Source: Blochmannia endosymbiont of Camponotus modoc (GTDB taxonomy: Bacteria > Pseudomonadota > Gammaproteobacteria > Enterobacterales > Enterobacteriaceae). From it: a stretch of DNA of 32,000 nt. Position 1 is the stretch's first letter. Every line of letters begins with the position of its first letter. The translations under genes were made by a program, and so were the position numbers. Shown here one piece after another: positions 1 through 12,585 of the stretch. The notes under the pieces are model-generated. The model was not told the origin of the DNA and made no database searches. It was given only the letters and a program-made list of their open reading frames with translations. The DNA is taken from assembly GCF_023585785.1 (NCBI RefSeq), contig NZ_CP097765.1:60001-92000 (forward strand). The letters run 5' to 3'.

Positions 1-218
1 TTGAAAGCACGTTCCATACTTTTTTGTATTATAGGTCCATCTGATATAGGATCAGAAAATGGTATTCCTAATTCTAGTGCATCGGAACCTGAAGACACTA
101 ATATCTCGATGATATGCATAAAAGAAATAGGATCGGGATATCCTACAGCAATAAAAGGGACAAATGCTCCTATTTTTTTTTGCTTTAAATGTGTAAATAA
201 TTTTTTGTAACGATTCAT
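1..218 (-). CDS. trpA: tryptophan synthase alpha chain, N-terminal part (gene runs off the left edge)
   Basis: Reverse complement from ATG at 218: MNRYKKLFTHLKQKKIGAFVPFIAVGYPDP...SGSDALELGIPFSDPISDG, typical TrpA N-terminus. It starts immediately after the trpB stop. Not in the ORF track because it is truncated. Confidence 0.95.
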   Translation of the reverse strand, partial: MNRYKKLFTHLKQKKIGAFVPFIAVGYPDPISFMHIIEILVSSGSDALELGIPFSDPISDGPIIQKSMERAF

Positions 219-220
219 TG

Positions 221-1411
221 TTATGTATCTCTTTCTTTTTGTAATGCATTATGAACTGTAGAAATGTCTTTATCTCCACGTCCAGACAAATTAACTACTA
301 AAATTTGTGCTTTATTTGGTTGTTTTTGAATTATTTTTAGTGCATGAGCTAAAGCATGAGCAGATTCTAGAGCTGGAATAATTCCTTCATGAATAGATAA
401 TTTCTTAAAAGCTGTTATGGCTTCCATATCATTAACAGATACATACTGTACCCGGCCAGTATTTTTTAGATAAACATGCTCTGGCCCGACAGATGGGAAA
501 TCGAGACCAGCTGAAATAGAATAAGAATTTTTTATTTGTCCTTCCGAAGATTGTAAGATTGAAGTTTTCATACCAAAATAAATTCCTATACTTCCATGTT
601 GTAGAGCAGCACCATGATATTTAGTATCTATACCTAATCCTCCAGCTTCTACACCTAATAACTGCACTGATGGTATGTCAACAAAATCGGAAAATATGCC
701 AATAGCATTAGATCCCCCTCCTACGCAAGCAATAATTGCATCTGGTAAGCATTTCTCATATTTTTGTATTTGTTTGTATGTTTCTTTTCCAATAATACGT
801 TGAAATTCTCTAACGATTGTGGGAAAAGGATGAGGTCCAGCAGCTGTACCAAGCATGTAATGGGTGTATTCATAAGTTTTCGACCATTCACGCATGGCTT
901 CGTTACAAGCATCTTTTAACGTTTCAGATCCATGATGTACTGGAATAACTTGTGTGCCCATTAATTGCATTCTTAAAACGTTGAGTTTTTGACGTTTTAT
1001 ATCTTTAGATCCCATATAAATACGACATTTCAATCCTAAAAGAGATGCTGCAATGGAGACAGCAACTCCATGTTGTCCGGCACCAGTTTCAGCGATTATT
1101 TCTGTTTTAGACATACGTTTTGCTAATAAAGCTTGTCCTAATACTTGGTTGGTTTTATGAGATCCTCCATGTAATAAGTCTTCACGTTTTAAATACAGTT
1201 TAGTGCGAGTTCCTTTTGTTAAATTTCTACATAATGTTAAAGGAGTGGGGCGACCGGCGTAGTGATTTAAAAGATATTTGAGTTCTTTTTGGAAAACAGC
1301 ATCATCTTGCGCCGATATGAATGCTTCTTCTAATTGAGTTAGCGCTGGTATTAGAATTTGCGGTACATACATACCTCCAAATTCTCCAAAATAGGATTTT
1401 AATTTTATCAT
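221..1411 (-). CDS. trpB: tryptophan synthase beta chain
   Basis: 396-aa ORF with the PLP-lysine context GGSHKTNQ and GGGSNAIG; strong TrpB similarity throughout. Confidence 0.98.
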   Translation of the reverse strand: MIKLKSYFGEFGGMYVPQILIPALTQLEEAFISAQDDAVFQKELKYLLNHYAGRPTPLTLCRNLTKGTRTKLYLKREDLLHGGSHKTNQVLGQALLAKRMSKTEIIAETGAGQHGVAVSIAASLLGLKCRIYMGSKDIKRQKLNVLRMQLMGTQVIPVHHGSETLKDACNEAMREWSKTYEYTHYMLGTAAGPHPFPTIVREFQRIIGKETYKQIQKYEKCLPDAIIACVGGGSNAIGIFSDFVDIPSVQLLGVEAGGLGIDTKYHGAALQHGSIGIYFGMKTSILQSSEGQIKNSYSISAGLDFPSVGPEHVYLKNTGRVQYVSVNDMEAITAFKKLSIHEGIIPALESAHALAHALKIIQKQPNKAQILVVNLSGRGDKDISTVHNALQKERDT

Positions 1412-1453
1412 ATTGATTACTTTATTTTTTAATTATTTGAAATATATATTCCT

Positions 1454-2824
1454 TTAATAAGATCTGATTATTTGGAAGACTTTGATGAGTTTCTGGTGAT
1501 TTTTAATACCTGGTTTAATTTCAACTCCAGAATTAAAATCTAAACCTAAACAACCTATGCGCGCCGCTTTATTACAATTGTTTATTGTCAATCCTCCGGC
1601 TAAAATTACTTTATCTAATTGCATACTAGAAAGCAGCGACCAATCAAAGTTTTTTCCGCTACCCCCTCCATTATCTGCTAAATAGCGGTCCACGTTTAGT
1701 ATATTACATTTCGACAATGGTCTGTGATTCATATTAATACTTTTCCATATATGACATGTCATGGGTAATCGTGTCCGCAAAATATTAATATAATCTTGAT
1801 TTTCTGTGCCATGGAGCTGAACTGCTGCTAGTCCTAATATGTTAACTATGGTAACAATATAAGAAATTGTAGCATTACAAAACACACCAACATAACTTAA
1901 ATATTTTACACAAGAAACAATACGTTGTGCAATTGTGATATTTATGTAGCGAGGTGAAGTGGGAACAAAAATTAGTCCTCCATATATTGCACCCGATTTG
2001 TATGCAATATCAGCGTCTCTCACTCGAGTTAATCCACATATTTTATTTTCTCCTAAAATTAATTTTTTAATGGCTGCATTAAGATTTGGTTGAGACATTA
2101 ATATTGTACCTATTAAAAATCCATTGACATATCGTCTAAGTTTTCTTATATGGCAATAATTGCTAATACCAGACTCGCTGATTACAGTGATTGTGTTAGG
2201 TATATCTTTACTTAGAGTAATAGTTCGATTTAAATCAACGGATAAATCATTCAGATTACGATTATTTATACCGATGACTTTAGCTCCTAAATATTTAGCG
2301 CGTTTTAATTCATCTTCGTTTGCGATTTCTGTTAGTACCCCCATACATAATGTATGAGCTATTTTGACCAATTTTTGATAGGTTACATCATCTAAAATTG
2401 ATAGCATTAGTAAAATAGCATCAGCTTTATGTAAGCGCGCAAAATAAATTTGCCATTCTGAAATAAAGAAATCTTTACATAATATTGGTTGTTCTACGAT
2501 GTTGCTCACTTGGTGTAAAATATCAAAATCTCCATGAAAGTATTTATTATCAGTTAATACTGAAATTACTGAAGAGTAATTTTTATAAGTTTGTGCTATT
2601 TTGATAGGATTAAAATCATTACGAATAATACCTTTAGAAGGAGACGCCTTCTTACATTCTAATATAAATATTGTTTGAGGTTGATTGTGAGACACAGCTC
2701 TGTAAAAATCACGATTGCTTGCTTGTGTTTTTCTTTTTAAAACATGTAATGAATGTTGTTTTTTTTGATCAGCTATCCATATTTTTTTATATGATAAAAT
2801 TTTATCGAGTATTGTGTGTTGCAT
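1454..2824 (-). CDS. trpC: bifunctional indole-3-glycerol phosphate synthase / phosphoribosylanthranilate isomerase
   Basis: 456-aa ORF; TrpC domain (FILECKKASPSKG, PILCKDFF, ISESGI) fused to a TrpF domain (KICGLTR, AAVQLHG, DNGGGSGKNFDWS). Confidence 0.97.
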   Translation of the reverse strand: MQHTILDKILSYKKIWIADQKKQHSLHVLKRKTQASNRDFYRAVSHNQPQTIFILECKKASPSKGIIRNDFNPIKIAQTYKNYSSVISVLTDNKYFHGDFDILHQVSNIVEQPILCKDFFISEWQIYFARLHKADAILLMLSILDDVTYQKLVKIAHTLCMGVLTEIANEDELKRAKYLGAKVIGINNRNLNDLSVDLNRTITLSKDIPNTITVISESGISNYCHIRKLRRYVNGFLIGTILMSQPNLNAAIKKLILGENKICGLTRVRDADIAYKSGAIYGGLIFVPTSPRYINITIAQRIVSCVKYLSYVGVFCNATISYIVTIVNILGLAAVQLHGTENQDYINILRTRLPMTCHIWKSINMNHRPLSKCNILNVDRYLADNGGGSGKNFDWSLLSSMQLDKVILAGGLTINNCNKAARIGCLGLDFNSGVEIKPGIKNHQKLIKVFQIIRSY

Positions 2825-3827
2825 GATTTTGTATCTTAGTTTCTGATAAAGAACTCAAACGAGTGTAAGGTGTGCCATGATGCATTTTTTCTAAAGCTAG
2901 TTGTACATTAGCGCGTAGATTGTTATGCCCAAATAATTTCAATAATAATGCTACATTGGCTGCTATTACAGCTGAATGCGCAGGTTTTCCTCTTCCTTTT
3001 AATATATCGATCATGTATTCATGGGCTTGTTTTTTCGAATAACAACGTAATATTTCTATTGGATAAGAGTCTAATCCAAAATCTGATGCCGTCAAAATAT
3101 AATTATTTATGATGCTATTGTGTAGCTCCGCTACATGAGTAGGGGAGTGTAATCCCACTTCATCAATTCCCCCGCAATGTACTACTATAGCGTGATTATA
3201 TTTAAGTAATTGTAATATTCGGATTATAGGCGATAATAATTCTTTTTTGTATACACCAATAAGCGTTAATGGAGGTTTGGATGGATTAATCAATGGACCT
3301 ACTATATTAAATAATGTAGGAGTTTTTAATTGCTTACGTATGGGCATTATGCGATGTAGCACTGTATAGTATTGTGGGGCATATAAAAAGCATATACCTA
3401 ATTCATCAAAGTTTTTACGTGCTTGTTGCGGATTGCTGATCATCAAACAATGTTGTTCTAGTAAGTCCATTGATCCCGTTAGATTAGATATACTACGGTT
3501 GCCATGTTTAATAATTTTTGCGCCGCAAGTTGAGGCTACAATAGCGCTGGTTGTGGAAATATTGATAGTATTACTATTGTCTCCTCCGGTGCCTGTAATG
3601 TCTGCAAACAAGCTATTTGGACGAGGAAAAGGTTTAGCATGAGTTAATAATATATTCACAGCACCTACAATTTCTTCAAAGGTTTCTCCACGTATTTTCA
3701 TACTAATAAGTGCCGATGCAATTTGAATTGCAGACAATCTTTCTTTTATTATGGAACGTAATAATGCTTCACTTTGTTTTCGGTTAATATTTTCCCCGCG
3801 ATATAAAGTGTCTAAGATGTCTTGCAT
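2802..3827 (-). CDS. trpD: anthranilate phosphoribosyltransferase, stand-alone
   Basis: ORF 2802..3932; likely start is the internal ATG at 3827 ([23 protein letters not shown]). Contains [17 protein letters not shown], the TrpD PRPP-binding motif. Confidence 0.93.
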   Translation of the reverse strand: MQDILDTLYRGENINRKQSEALLRSIIKERLSAIQIASALISMKIRGETFEEIVGAVNILLTHAKPFPRPNSLFADITGTGGDNSNTINISTTSAIVASTCGAKIIKHGNRSISNLTGSMDLLEQHCLMISNPQQARKNFDELGICFLYAPQYYTVLHRIMPIRKQLKTPTLFNIVGPLINPSKPPLTLIGVYKKELLSPIIRILQLLKYNHAIVVHCGGIDEVGLHSPTHVAELHNSIINNYILTASDFGLDSYPIEILRCYSKKQAHEYMIDILKGRGKPAHSAVIAANVALLLKLFGHNNLRANVQLALEKMHHGTPYTRLSSLSETKIQNHATHNTR

Positions 3828-4426
3828 GTTATTTTTTCCTTGTATAAGCATTCTGCCCATGCGATAGTTTGCTGAATAAGTTGTGTTCCATGAGTAGTTA
3901 AGATAGATTCGGGATGGAATTGAAACCCGCAAATCCGATCAGAGTCATTACGTACTGCCATTGCCGTGTGTTTATTGTAATAAGCATTAATTTTTAAATT
4001 ATTTGGTATATAACTACCTATTAATGAATGGTATCGTCCTACTAAAAAAGGGTTTGGTATATTAGAAAACATAGCCGAATTGTCGTGATGTATCAAAGAA
4101 GATTTTCCATGAAAAATTTCTTTTGATCGCGATATGTGCCCTCCATAAAATTCTACAATGGCTTGATATCCCAGACAAATCCCAATGATTGGGATTTGTC
4201 TGCGTAGTTGTGCTATCAATTTTGTCATGCATCCAGCTTTACTGGGGGACCCAGGCCCAGGCGATAACATTAAAATTGGGTTTATCATATTCGATAGTGT
4301 ATCAATAATGATTGATGCAGGCAATTGATTAGTGTATATTAGTACTTGATGGCCGTGATTGCGTAACTGATCTACTAAATTATACGTAAATGAATCAATG
4401 TTATCTAGTAATATTACGTTAACCAT
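3812..4426 (-). CDS. trpG: anthranilate synthase glutamine amidotransferase component
   Basis: 204-aa ORF; [26 protein letters not shown] (class I amidotransferase Cys) and [13 protein letters not shown]. Confidence 0.96.
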   Translation of the reverse strand: MVNVILLDNIDSFTYNLVDQLRNHGHQVLIYTNQLPASIIIDTLSNMINPILMLSPGPGSPSKAGCMTKLIAQLRRQIPIIGICLGYQAIVEFYGGHISRSKEIFHGKSSLIHHDNSAMFSNIPNPFLVGRYHSLIGSYIPNNLKINAYYNKHTAMAVRNDSDRICGFQFHPESILTTHGTQLIQQTIAWAECLYKEKITCKTS

Positions 4427-4428
4427 TG

Positions 4429-5991
4429 TTAAAATAACTCCTTAGAACCATGTGCTGCAGAGATGGCATGTAAAACAGCACGTGCTTTGCTACGGCTTTC
4501 ATCGGCTTCTGATTGAGGTATGGAGTCTATTACTACACCTGCTCCTGCTTGTACTGTAGCTATTTGATTTGTGACGTAGGCTGATCGAATGATGATACAT
4601 GTGTCTAAATTCCCAGCACCAGTTAAGTATCCGATAGCGCCTCCGTAAGTGTTACGACGTGTACCTTCTACTTCATAAATAAGTTCCATAGCTCTAATTT
4701 TTGGAGCTCCAGTTAATGTGCCCATATTCATACATGCACGATAGGCATGTAGTACATCAAGATCATGACGCAATTCTCCTACTACTCTAGACACTAAATG
4801 CATAACAAAAGAGTATCTATCTACTTTTAATAAATCAGCGACATAACGGCTACCCGCTTTACAGACACGTGCTAAATCATTTCTTGCTAAATCTACTAAC
4901 ATGAGATGTTCTGATAATTCTTTATGATTTAAGCGCATTTCTAATTCTATACGGTTATCTGAATCTGTATCCAATGATCCGTCAGTATGATAAGTTCTAG
5001 TTCGCGTACCAGCGATGGGGTAAATTTCAATTTTTCGATTAGCTGCATTGTATTTTAAAGAACTTTCAGGAGAAGCTCCGAAAAGTGTAAATGCTATGTC
5101 TTGCATAAAAAACATGTAGGGACTAGGATTGTTAGTTTTTAATACATGGTATGCCGCTAATGGTGAAGGACATGGAAGGAAAAATCGTCGTGAAGGGACA
5201 GCTTGTAATATTTCTCCTTGACGTATAGATCTTTGTATTTTACGTATAACTCGTTTGTATTTTTCGTCATTTGGATCACAGCGTAGTGTCATATTGCGTA
5301 TTTTTTTATAAGGAATAGATTGTGGTGTTTGATTAATTTGGGTTTTTAATTGATTCATCCTAGTTTGTAGTCGATCTTTTTCTAAGATATTTGGACTAAA
5401 CAAGGTAATTTGTAACGAAGCAGTATATTTTTGATGATCAAACACTAATAATGTTTCGGCTAAATAGAAACAGTAGTCTGGGCATTTATAAGTATTGATT
5501 AATTGAGGAAAATATTCAAAACAAGATATTAAATCGTAAGAAAATAAACCTCCCAAAAATGTAGCTTTGGGGGTATCTTGAAGAGGTTGTATTATTTTTA
5601 ACAATGAGCGTAGACAGTCAAATATTGAAATCGATCGTAGGCGTGTATCTTCGTCAGTCATTGTCTGTGTTGTAGGAAACATAAATTTGATGCTGTCAGA
5701 ATTTTTATGAATTTGTACTTTTGTGGGTAATGTTTGCACTAGTAATGGGAGTAAACTCGCGCCATTTTTAGTTAAAGCTTGTACAGTAACGGTTGATCCA
5801 TAAGCGGTAATACGCAATGCACTATCAATAATCATCATACTTTCTATGTTGTGTTTTTTATTAATTTCTGCTGATTCTAATAATAATGTCGAATTACGTT
5901 TATTACATAATTGATTAAAAACGGCTGCTGGATTAGAATGATAGCGCACTTGAATATTTAGACATTTCATCCGATTTTTTTGACATCTCAT
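4429..5991 (-). CDS. trpE: anthranilate synthase component I
   Basis: 520-aa ORF closely matching enterobacterial TrpE ([58 protein letters not shown]). The start could be 5991 or the next ATG at 5970. Confidence 0.97.
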   Translation of the reverse strand: MRCQKNRMKCLNIQVRYHSNPAAVFNQLCNKRNSTLLLESAEINKKHNIESMMIIDSALRITAYGSTVTVQALTKNGASLLPLLVQTLPTKVQIHKNSDSIKFMFPTTQTMTDEDTRLRSISIFDCLRSLLKIIQPLQDTPKATFLGGLFSYDLISCFEYFPQLINTYKCPDYCFYLAETLLVFDHQKYTASLQITLFSPNILEKDRLQTRMNQLKTQINQTPQSIPYKKIRNMTLRCDPNDEKYKRVIRKIQRSIRQGEILQAVPSRRFFLPCPSPLAAYHVLKTNNPSPYMFFMQDIAFTLFGASPESSLKYNAANRKIEIYPIAGTRTRTYHTDGSLDTDSDNRIELEMRLNHKELSEHLMLVDLARNDLARVCKAGSRYVADLLKVDRYSFVMHLVSRVVGELRHDLDVLHAYRACMNMGTLTGAPKIRAMELIYEVEGTRRNTYGGAIGYLTGAGNLDTCIIIRSAYVTNQIATVQAGAGVVIDSIPQSEADESRSKARAVLHAISAAHGSKELF

Positions 5992-8900
5992 TATTTTTTA
6001 AATTTCCTAGTGATTTATTTATCAAAAACCTCATTTATATTTAAGGATCTAATTACAATATTTTCAAGCATAGTAACATTCTCAATAATTGCTTAATTAC
6101 TAGAAACGGTTTCAATGAGAGAATACTCATTTTTATTGCGATGTGATTATATTTATTTTATAGATGTACGAATGTTAATGGTATTAGTAATACTATTTTT
6201 TTTTTAAAATGTCAAATAGCAGTGATTGAAGGATAGTAAAAAACATTTTTTAATTGAATACACTAATTTATATAATTTTAATAGATAGCGTATTAGTGAA
6301 TAATCTGTCTATTATTGCTATAAATACTAAATGTATGGTTTTTTTATTTAAAGTATAATTATTGTGATAAATATAGAATTATACTAAATTATAATTAATA
6401 TATATATATTTTATTAGTTTTTATAGGTCTTGGTGATTTTATTTGGAAAGGTGTTATTGTATAACCAACTATAATAGAATTTAATAAGTGCACTTAAATA
6501 ATACTATTGAAAATATATGTTTATGCGCACGTGAAATATATTATGAATATATTTTTGTAGATATATGATTTTTTGTATCATGTTGCAACATGAAAACGAT
6601 TTGGTCGTTACATTTGGTTTGCTTTTTTAATTTAATGGTAATTTTCAGATAACATTAAGATAATATATTTATATAATTTTATGTTATTTAATGGTGTAAA
6701 ATAATTAATAAAAAATATTTATATAAATGTTTTGATTAATAGCTATGAAGGCTTATTTCATGGAGTGTATATGAATTTTTTATTATTTGAATTACGATGT
6801 AAAGATTAATATTGTGTTTAATAACATAAATAGTCATCTATTTATGTTATTAATATATGTACATTAGATATACATATGAAAACAGCTTATTGAGAAACCT
6901 TGTTTAGAATAAAGAAGATGAAACAGTTATTTTCATTATGTTTTTATTTATGTTAATGTAATTAATTAATTTAATAATTAGTAAGCTACTTTTTATTAAA
7001 AATAAAAATTGTTATAGTAATTGGAAAATGATTATTTTAAATATATCAAGATATATGCAAGATATAGTTTATTTATATTGATGGTATGAATTCATCTTTA
7101 ATTAAGTTTATAAAACAGTGATTAATGAAACTGACGAGGATTTTTATTTAAATTATTAAAAAATATTCTTATAAAGACTATTATCGTTTTTTGATTACAT
7201 CTTATTTAATTCATTATAGCTTCTTAAGTATAAGAATGCATGTAAGTATGTTGGTTTAAATATATTTAGTCATGATGGCATGATACATATATTTAATATT
7301 GCATAGAAATAAATTATTCTAATTTTTAGTATTTACAGAAATTTTAATTGACAAGATTCTAATGAATTAGAATATCAAATGATGATTTGTGCGCATTAAA
7401 ATGATATGAATAAAAACTAGATATAACAGTAAAAAATAATTAAGTTTAATGATTTTTATTTATAGATAAAATGTCATTAAAGTAGTATAAATGTTAGTAT
7501 GTAAATGATAGTATTATTTGTTGATGGTATGATACTTTTATATGAATTTTGTTTGCAATAGGAATTGCAACATTGAATAAGATATGCATATCTTTCTACA
7601 GATATATGAATTTATGTGTACTACTACTGTAGTGATTGGATCTATTTTTATTAACTGAATTCAATATGTAATATTCATTACAATAATTATTATTGCATGG
7701 TCAATGTGATATATAAAGCTGAATATATTATTTTTATTAGGAGTTTTAAAATAAGTTGGTGATAGATGATACTCAAAATAATATTACATAATACATTTTA
7801 AATTAGGTGTAGAATTGTTATGATTATATATTATGAAATATTTTAACTCATATTTTTATGTGTTTTATTATTAATTATGAAATAAAAAATGATAGTAAAT
7901 ATGTTATATTATCAATAATTGTTTGCTAATGAATTTATGTTGATAGAGTTATTTTTTAAATTGTGGTTTTATATATTTTAAAACAGAAAATATTAATAGT
8001 AAACAAATTATTTGGAATTTCAGAGTTATATATAGCATCAATTTTATTGTATATATGCTATATACAACGGAGATGTGCAGTGGTTTTAATTGAGGTTAGT
8101 TAATAACTAAATATTAGTTGTGTTCTGTAGAGAAAAATTGGAAAAAATTTAAGTAATAGTAATATCATTAAAGATATTTATGTGTGGAGTACACTAGAAT
8201 TGATTGCTTATTATAATAATAATGTAAAGTTGCTTTTGTTTGTAGATGATCAATTATTTGGATCAAGAATTATTTTTTTGAATATATTTTTGTTGGGTTT
8301 TGAAATTAAAATAAATGTTTGAATATGGATGGATATGCGAGTATGTAATTTATTTTAGATAATAGGGGAGTTGTAATTAAAATATATATATAGATTGCGC
8401 ATATGATACAAATAGGTTCTTAATAAAAAGATGACATGTTTTATATATATAGGAGTATATGATTTTTGAGTTTAGTATAGTTGAATTTGAATGAATTAAT
8501 ATGTTATTTGAGGGGTTGTATTAATATAATAAATAGAATTTTAATTGTGTTGTATGTATTATTTAACGAATTTGAAAGATAATAGTTTTTGTTTGAATAA
8601 AAGAAAGATATTACGTTTGTAGATATTTTTCGTACTTTTAAAGTGTGTGTAATTTATGATAAATTAGTGTATATTAAAATTAATTGAATTTAAATATTGT
8701 TTACTAATAGATTATTATTTCTTTTAGTTATTTTTATTCAGAATAGACTTATAATTAAAGTCGTTGTTATTTTTCTATAAAAGAATAAATAAAAATGATT
8801 TTTTAAAAAATACAATTTATGAAAAAAATTTTTGATAGATTTTATGTAAATTAAATAGATTTGATCTTGTATATATAATTTAAATTAAATACTGATATTT

Positions 8901-9089
8901 AAAATTATAATTTTCTTGATTGAAGAAAAGAGGATTAATTGTGATTATTATGTATTTTTAAGAAAATAAGATTTACTCAAGTAGATAGAGTGCGCGTATT
9001 ATTCATTTTTGCATATAGAAGTAACTAATAAATTGTGTTATATAACAAAACATTTTTGATGTTTTCGTTATTATTTTCATAATTTTTAT

Positions 9090-9689
9090 TTATTTATGAT
9101 AGCTATAAAATAAATGTCCCAATTTAGATGCTTTGGTGTCTAAATATCTAGAGTTTTCTGGGTTTCTTCCTACTATTAACGGAACTCTTTCTGTAATATT
9201 AATACATGATTTATTTAAGATTTCTACTTTTTTTGGGTTGTTGGTTAAAATACGTATTTTTTTTACGCGCAGTAATTTTAAAATATCTGCGCAAATAGTA
9301 AAGTCTCTTTCGTCGGGAGCAAAACCTAAACATTGGTTTGCCTCTACTGTATCAGCTCCACTATCTTGTAATGCATAAGCACGAATTTTATTCAATAATC
9401 CGATATTGCGTCCTTCTTGCCGATGATAAATTAAAATACCGCGTTTTTCTTCTGTAATACAATGTAATGCGGTTTTTAGTTGAAATCCACAATCACAACG
9501 TGAACTAAATAAAGCATCGCCTGTTAAACATTCAGAATGTATTCGTGTTAATACTGGATCTGATCCAGTGATATTTCCATATATTAATGCAACGTGATTA
9601 TGCCCAGTGAAATTTTCTTCAAATCCTACTATTAAAAAATTTCCCCAAAGTGTTGGTAATCTTGCTTCTGTCACCCGCCTAAGTCGCAT
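9090..9689 (-). CDS. ribA: GTP cyclohydrolase II
   Basis: 199-aa ORF; [52 protein letters not shown]. Confidence 0.97.
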   Translation of the reverse strand: MRLRRVTEARLPTLWGNFLIVGFEENFTGHNHVALIYGNITGSDPVLTRIHSECLTGDALFSSRCDCGFQLKTALHCITEEKRGILIYHRQEGRNIGLLNKIRAYALQDSGADTVEANQCLGFAPDERDFTICADILKLLRVKKIRILTNNPKKVEILNKSCINITERVPLIVGRNPENSRYLDTKASKLGHLFYSYHK

Positions 9690-11509
9690 GTTATCGCCTC
9701 TCTAAAGATGTCATCAAGAATATTTATTTTTATTAAAGCATTGATAGTTTCTCAATAATAGTATTGAAGTATAAAAATATGTTATATATACAAATATCTG
9801 TATTACGTTTGTTATCGTGTAATAATTTTATTAATTAATAATTTGATATTTAATATCATTGTTATACGTATAATTGTTTAAGTTTTGTTATAATAAATAT
9901 TATTATGTATTACTATACATTACATATAACATTTATTAATGTTGTTCTTTTTAGTGAGTTTTATTAAAAACTATATGACAAGATGATATTAAATCAGACA
10001 ATTACAACTTGTATCTACAATTTTAAATATCGATATCTTTTTGAATTTTGCAGTTATAATAGTATAATGTATTTGATAATATTTATGAATATCTATTGCA
10101 GATTATTGATTTAAGTAAAATTGTTTATGACATATAGGAATTATACACATAATTGGTATTTATTTTTATATATGTTTATAATTACAGAGAAAAATAAATA
10201 CTTTAATATTTAATTGTGCTTATTATAAAAAAGAATAAATGATATGTGGACAGAGAAATATCATACATTTGTAATGTTTTCGATATAAAATTAGTATAAT
10301 AGTTAATGAAATCAGTTAATATCCGTATGCAGATATCTTATTAGATATTTATTGTTAAAAGATGATGGTATTGTAAGTTTGAGCTATATATTGCTATATA
10401 TAAATAGAATGATTTTAGTAAAATTTTTATTTTGTGTGTTATGAACGTAACAGGCTTAGGGAACTAGTATAATTCTAATTTTATAAGATTTTATTTTCTA
10501 TTTTTTTATTTTTTTTTACATTAACATTTAAACTATAAAAATATAGAAGTATAAATGAATAGAATAATAAATTCTGTTTTTAGGTAAAAATAGAAAATAA
10601 TTGATATGTGATATTAACTCATGTTAAATAATAGAAACGAATAATAGCAATATCAAAATATGATTGATTTTTTTTAGATAATTTATTTTAAATTCTATAT
10701 AAAAATGAAAAAGGATCCGTGCATGATCCATTTGATATATATACAGATTCAAATTGAGTGTTAAGATAACAAGGATTAGAAATATTATTCACAATTAATA
10801 AAAATTACATAATTGTAAATGTAACGATTATTTTATAGATATATCTATATTTTATAATTTAGAGTGTGCAAAGGGATTATACAGATCTGGATTTATCTCA
10901 AAATTAATATTTTTTGAGATATACCAATAATTAAGTCAAATTTAATTTGAGACTTTACAATAATATAATTAATAAAAATTTTGGTTAAATATGTTGACAG
11001 ATAAAAACAGAATATTTTAAAAATTTTTAAAATGAATGATAAGTAATAATGATTTGATAAATTGTTTATAAATATAAGTTTTTAATAAACTTGTTGATAA
11101 TTGTGGTGGTTGAATAGGGGTAATGGAGTATATTTTTAACTAAAATATACTAGAAAATTTTTAATGTTTTAATAATCATTAATTAATTATCGAAAAATAG
11201 AGTTGGGTCATGATACGAGAATAGTGTATTATGGTTTAAATTTATATTGATGCTTGCGATATGGCGATCGTAGATTTCAATGGTAATGAAATATATAGTT
11301 TGTAGATATGATTATTATGACAGTACTAATATTTTATGAATTTTTTAATAGTAACTTATATAATTAAGATTGAAAATGATGTTGCTATAATAATAGACAA
11401 GTGTATAAAAATGCAATAATATTTGTTATAATTAATTTTGAATGATTGATGTATTAATTATATTTTTAAATATTAGTTATAATAAACGTTATATTTTGGA
11501 GATACAAAC

Positions 11510-12298
11510 ATGGCATTGCTTAGTAATAAGCGAATTTTAGTTACCGGTGTAGCTAACAATAAATCTATAGCTTACGGTATAGCGCAGGCTTTACATAGAG
11601 AAGGTGCTGAATTGGCTTTTACTTACCATACCGATAAATTGAAATTGAGAGTACAAAATCTATCTAAAAATTTTGATTCTGATATTGTATTACCGTGTGA
11701 TGTATCCGAAGATGCTTGTATAGATAAATTATTTGTTGAGTTGAGAAAAAAGTGGTCGACTTTCGATGGTTTTATACATGCAATAGCGTTTGCTCCCACT
11801 GATCAATTGACAGGTGATTATGTAGATACTGTTACTCGTGAAGGGTTTACGTTATCTCATGTTATTAGTTCTTATAGTTTTGTAGGAATAGCCAAAGCAT
11901 GCGAGAACATGCTTAACAATAGTGCATCTTTACTTACATTGACTTATTTAGGTGCTATGCGTGCTACTCCTTATTACAATGTAATGGGATTAGCTAAGGC
12001 TTCATTAGAAGCAAATACTCGTTATATGGCCAATTCCATGGGACCAAAAAAAGGTATTCGTGTCAATGCGATTTCTTGTGGGCCTGTTCGCACTTTGGCG
12101 TCTTCTGGTATTAAGAATTTTAAAAAGATGTTGTTGTGTTATCAAAGACAATCACCGATTCGTCGTAATATTTCTATTGAAGAAATTGGAAACGTTGCTG
12201 TATTTTTATGTTCTGATTTATCATCTGGTATTACTGGTGAAATAATTTATGTTGATGGTGGATTTAATATCGCATCTAATATAGATGACATAGAATGA
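11510..12298 (+). CDS. fabI: enoyl-[acyl-carrier-protein] reductase (NADH)
   Basis: 262-aa ORF; [22 protein letters not shown][20 protein letters not shown], [12 protein letters not shown] Shine-Dalgarno-like motif lies at 11499..11502. Confidence 0.97.
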   Translation: MALLSNKRILVTGVANNKSIAYGIAQALHREGAELAFTYHTDKLKLRVQNLSKNFDSDIVLPCDVSEDACIDKLFVELRKKWSTFDGFIHAIAFAPTDQLTGDYVDTVTREGFTLSHVISSYSFVGIAKACENMLNNSASLLTLTYLGAMRATPYYNVMGLAKASLEANTRYMANSMGPKKGIRVNAISCGPVRTLASSGIKNFKKMLLCYQRQSPIRRNISIEEIGNVAVFLCSDLSSGITGEIIYVDGGFNIASNIDDIE

Positions 12299-12585
12299 TT
12301 AATATAATTAGTAATGTAGGATATAGTTATTATATTTAAATGTTTGAAGTGTTATTAAATAATAATATGCTTATATTTTATGCTTGAGGTCATTCTTTTT
12401 TTAAAATTTTTGGGTTATAGTGAATATGTGATTTTTTTATAATTTATTTTTATTGTAGAATTTAATATTTAATTTTTATAATGTGATTGCGTTATGAAAT
12501 ATGATTTGTGATGGTTGGGTTCGTGTTGTAAGAATAATATTAAAATAATTATTAATTTTTAGAACTAGATGTACACGATAATGGA

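Noticed and set aside
52-279. 75-aa minus-strand ORF and the 69-aa plus-strand ORF at the left edge.
   Set aside because: Both are off-frame or antisense to the clear trpA/trpB junction.
2160-2357. Antisense or alternate-frame ORFs inside known genes (also 721..912, 3433..3642, 9133..9378, 12060..12245, 12867..13085, 13844..14050, 15308..15580, 26027..26236, 29186..29380, 30003..30242, 31716..31922).
   Set aside because: Each lies within a strongly supported gene and encodes no recognisable protein.
8026-8069. Imperfect inverted repeat gttatatatagca...tgctatatacaac (13-nt arms, one mismatch).
   Set aside because: Mostly TA alternation in very AT-rich DNA with an 18-nt spacer; could easily be chance and has no gene context.
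10711-10730. GC-richer patch ggatccgtgcatgatcc in the ribA-fabI desert.
   Set aside because: A 5-bp inverted repeat is too short to distinguish from chance.
11780-11800. FabI has Ala at the position of E. coli Gly93 ([11 protein letters not shown] versus HSIGFAPGDQL), a site of triclosan and diazaborine resistance mutations.
   Set aside because: Ala is, as I recall, the normal residue there in other FabI proteins (for example Gram-positive ones) that remain drug-sensitive, so it is not evidence of resistance.
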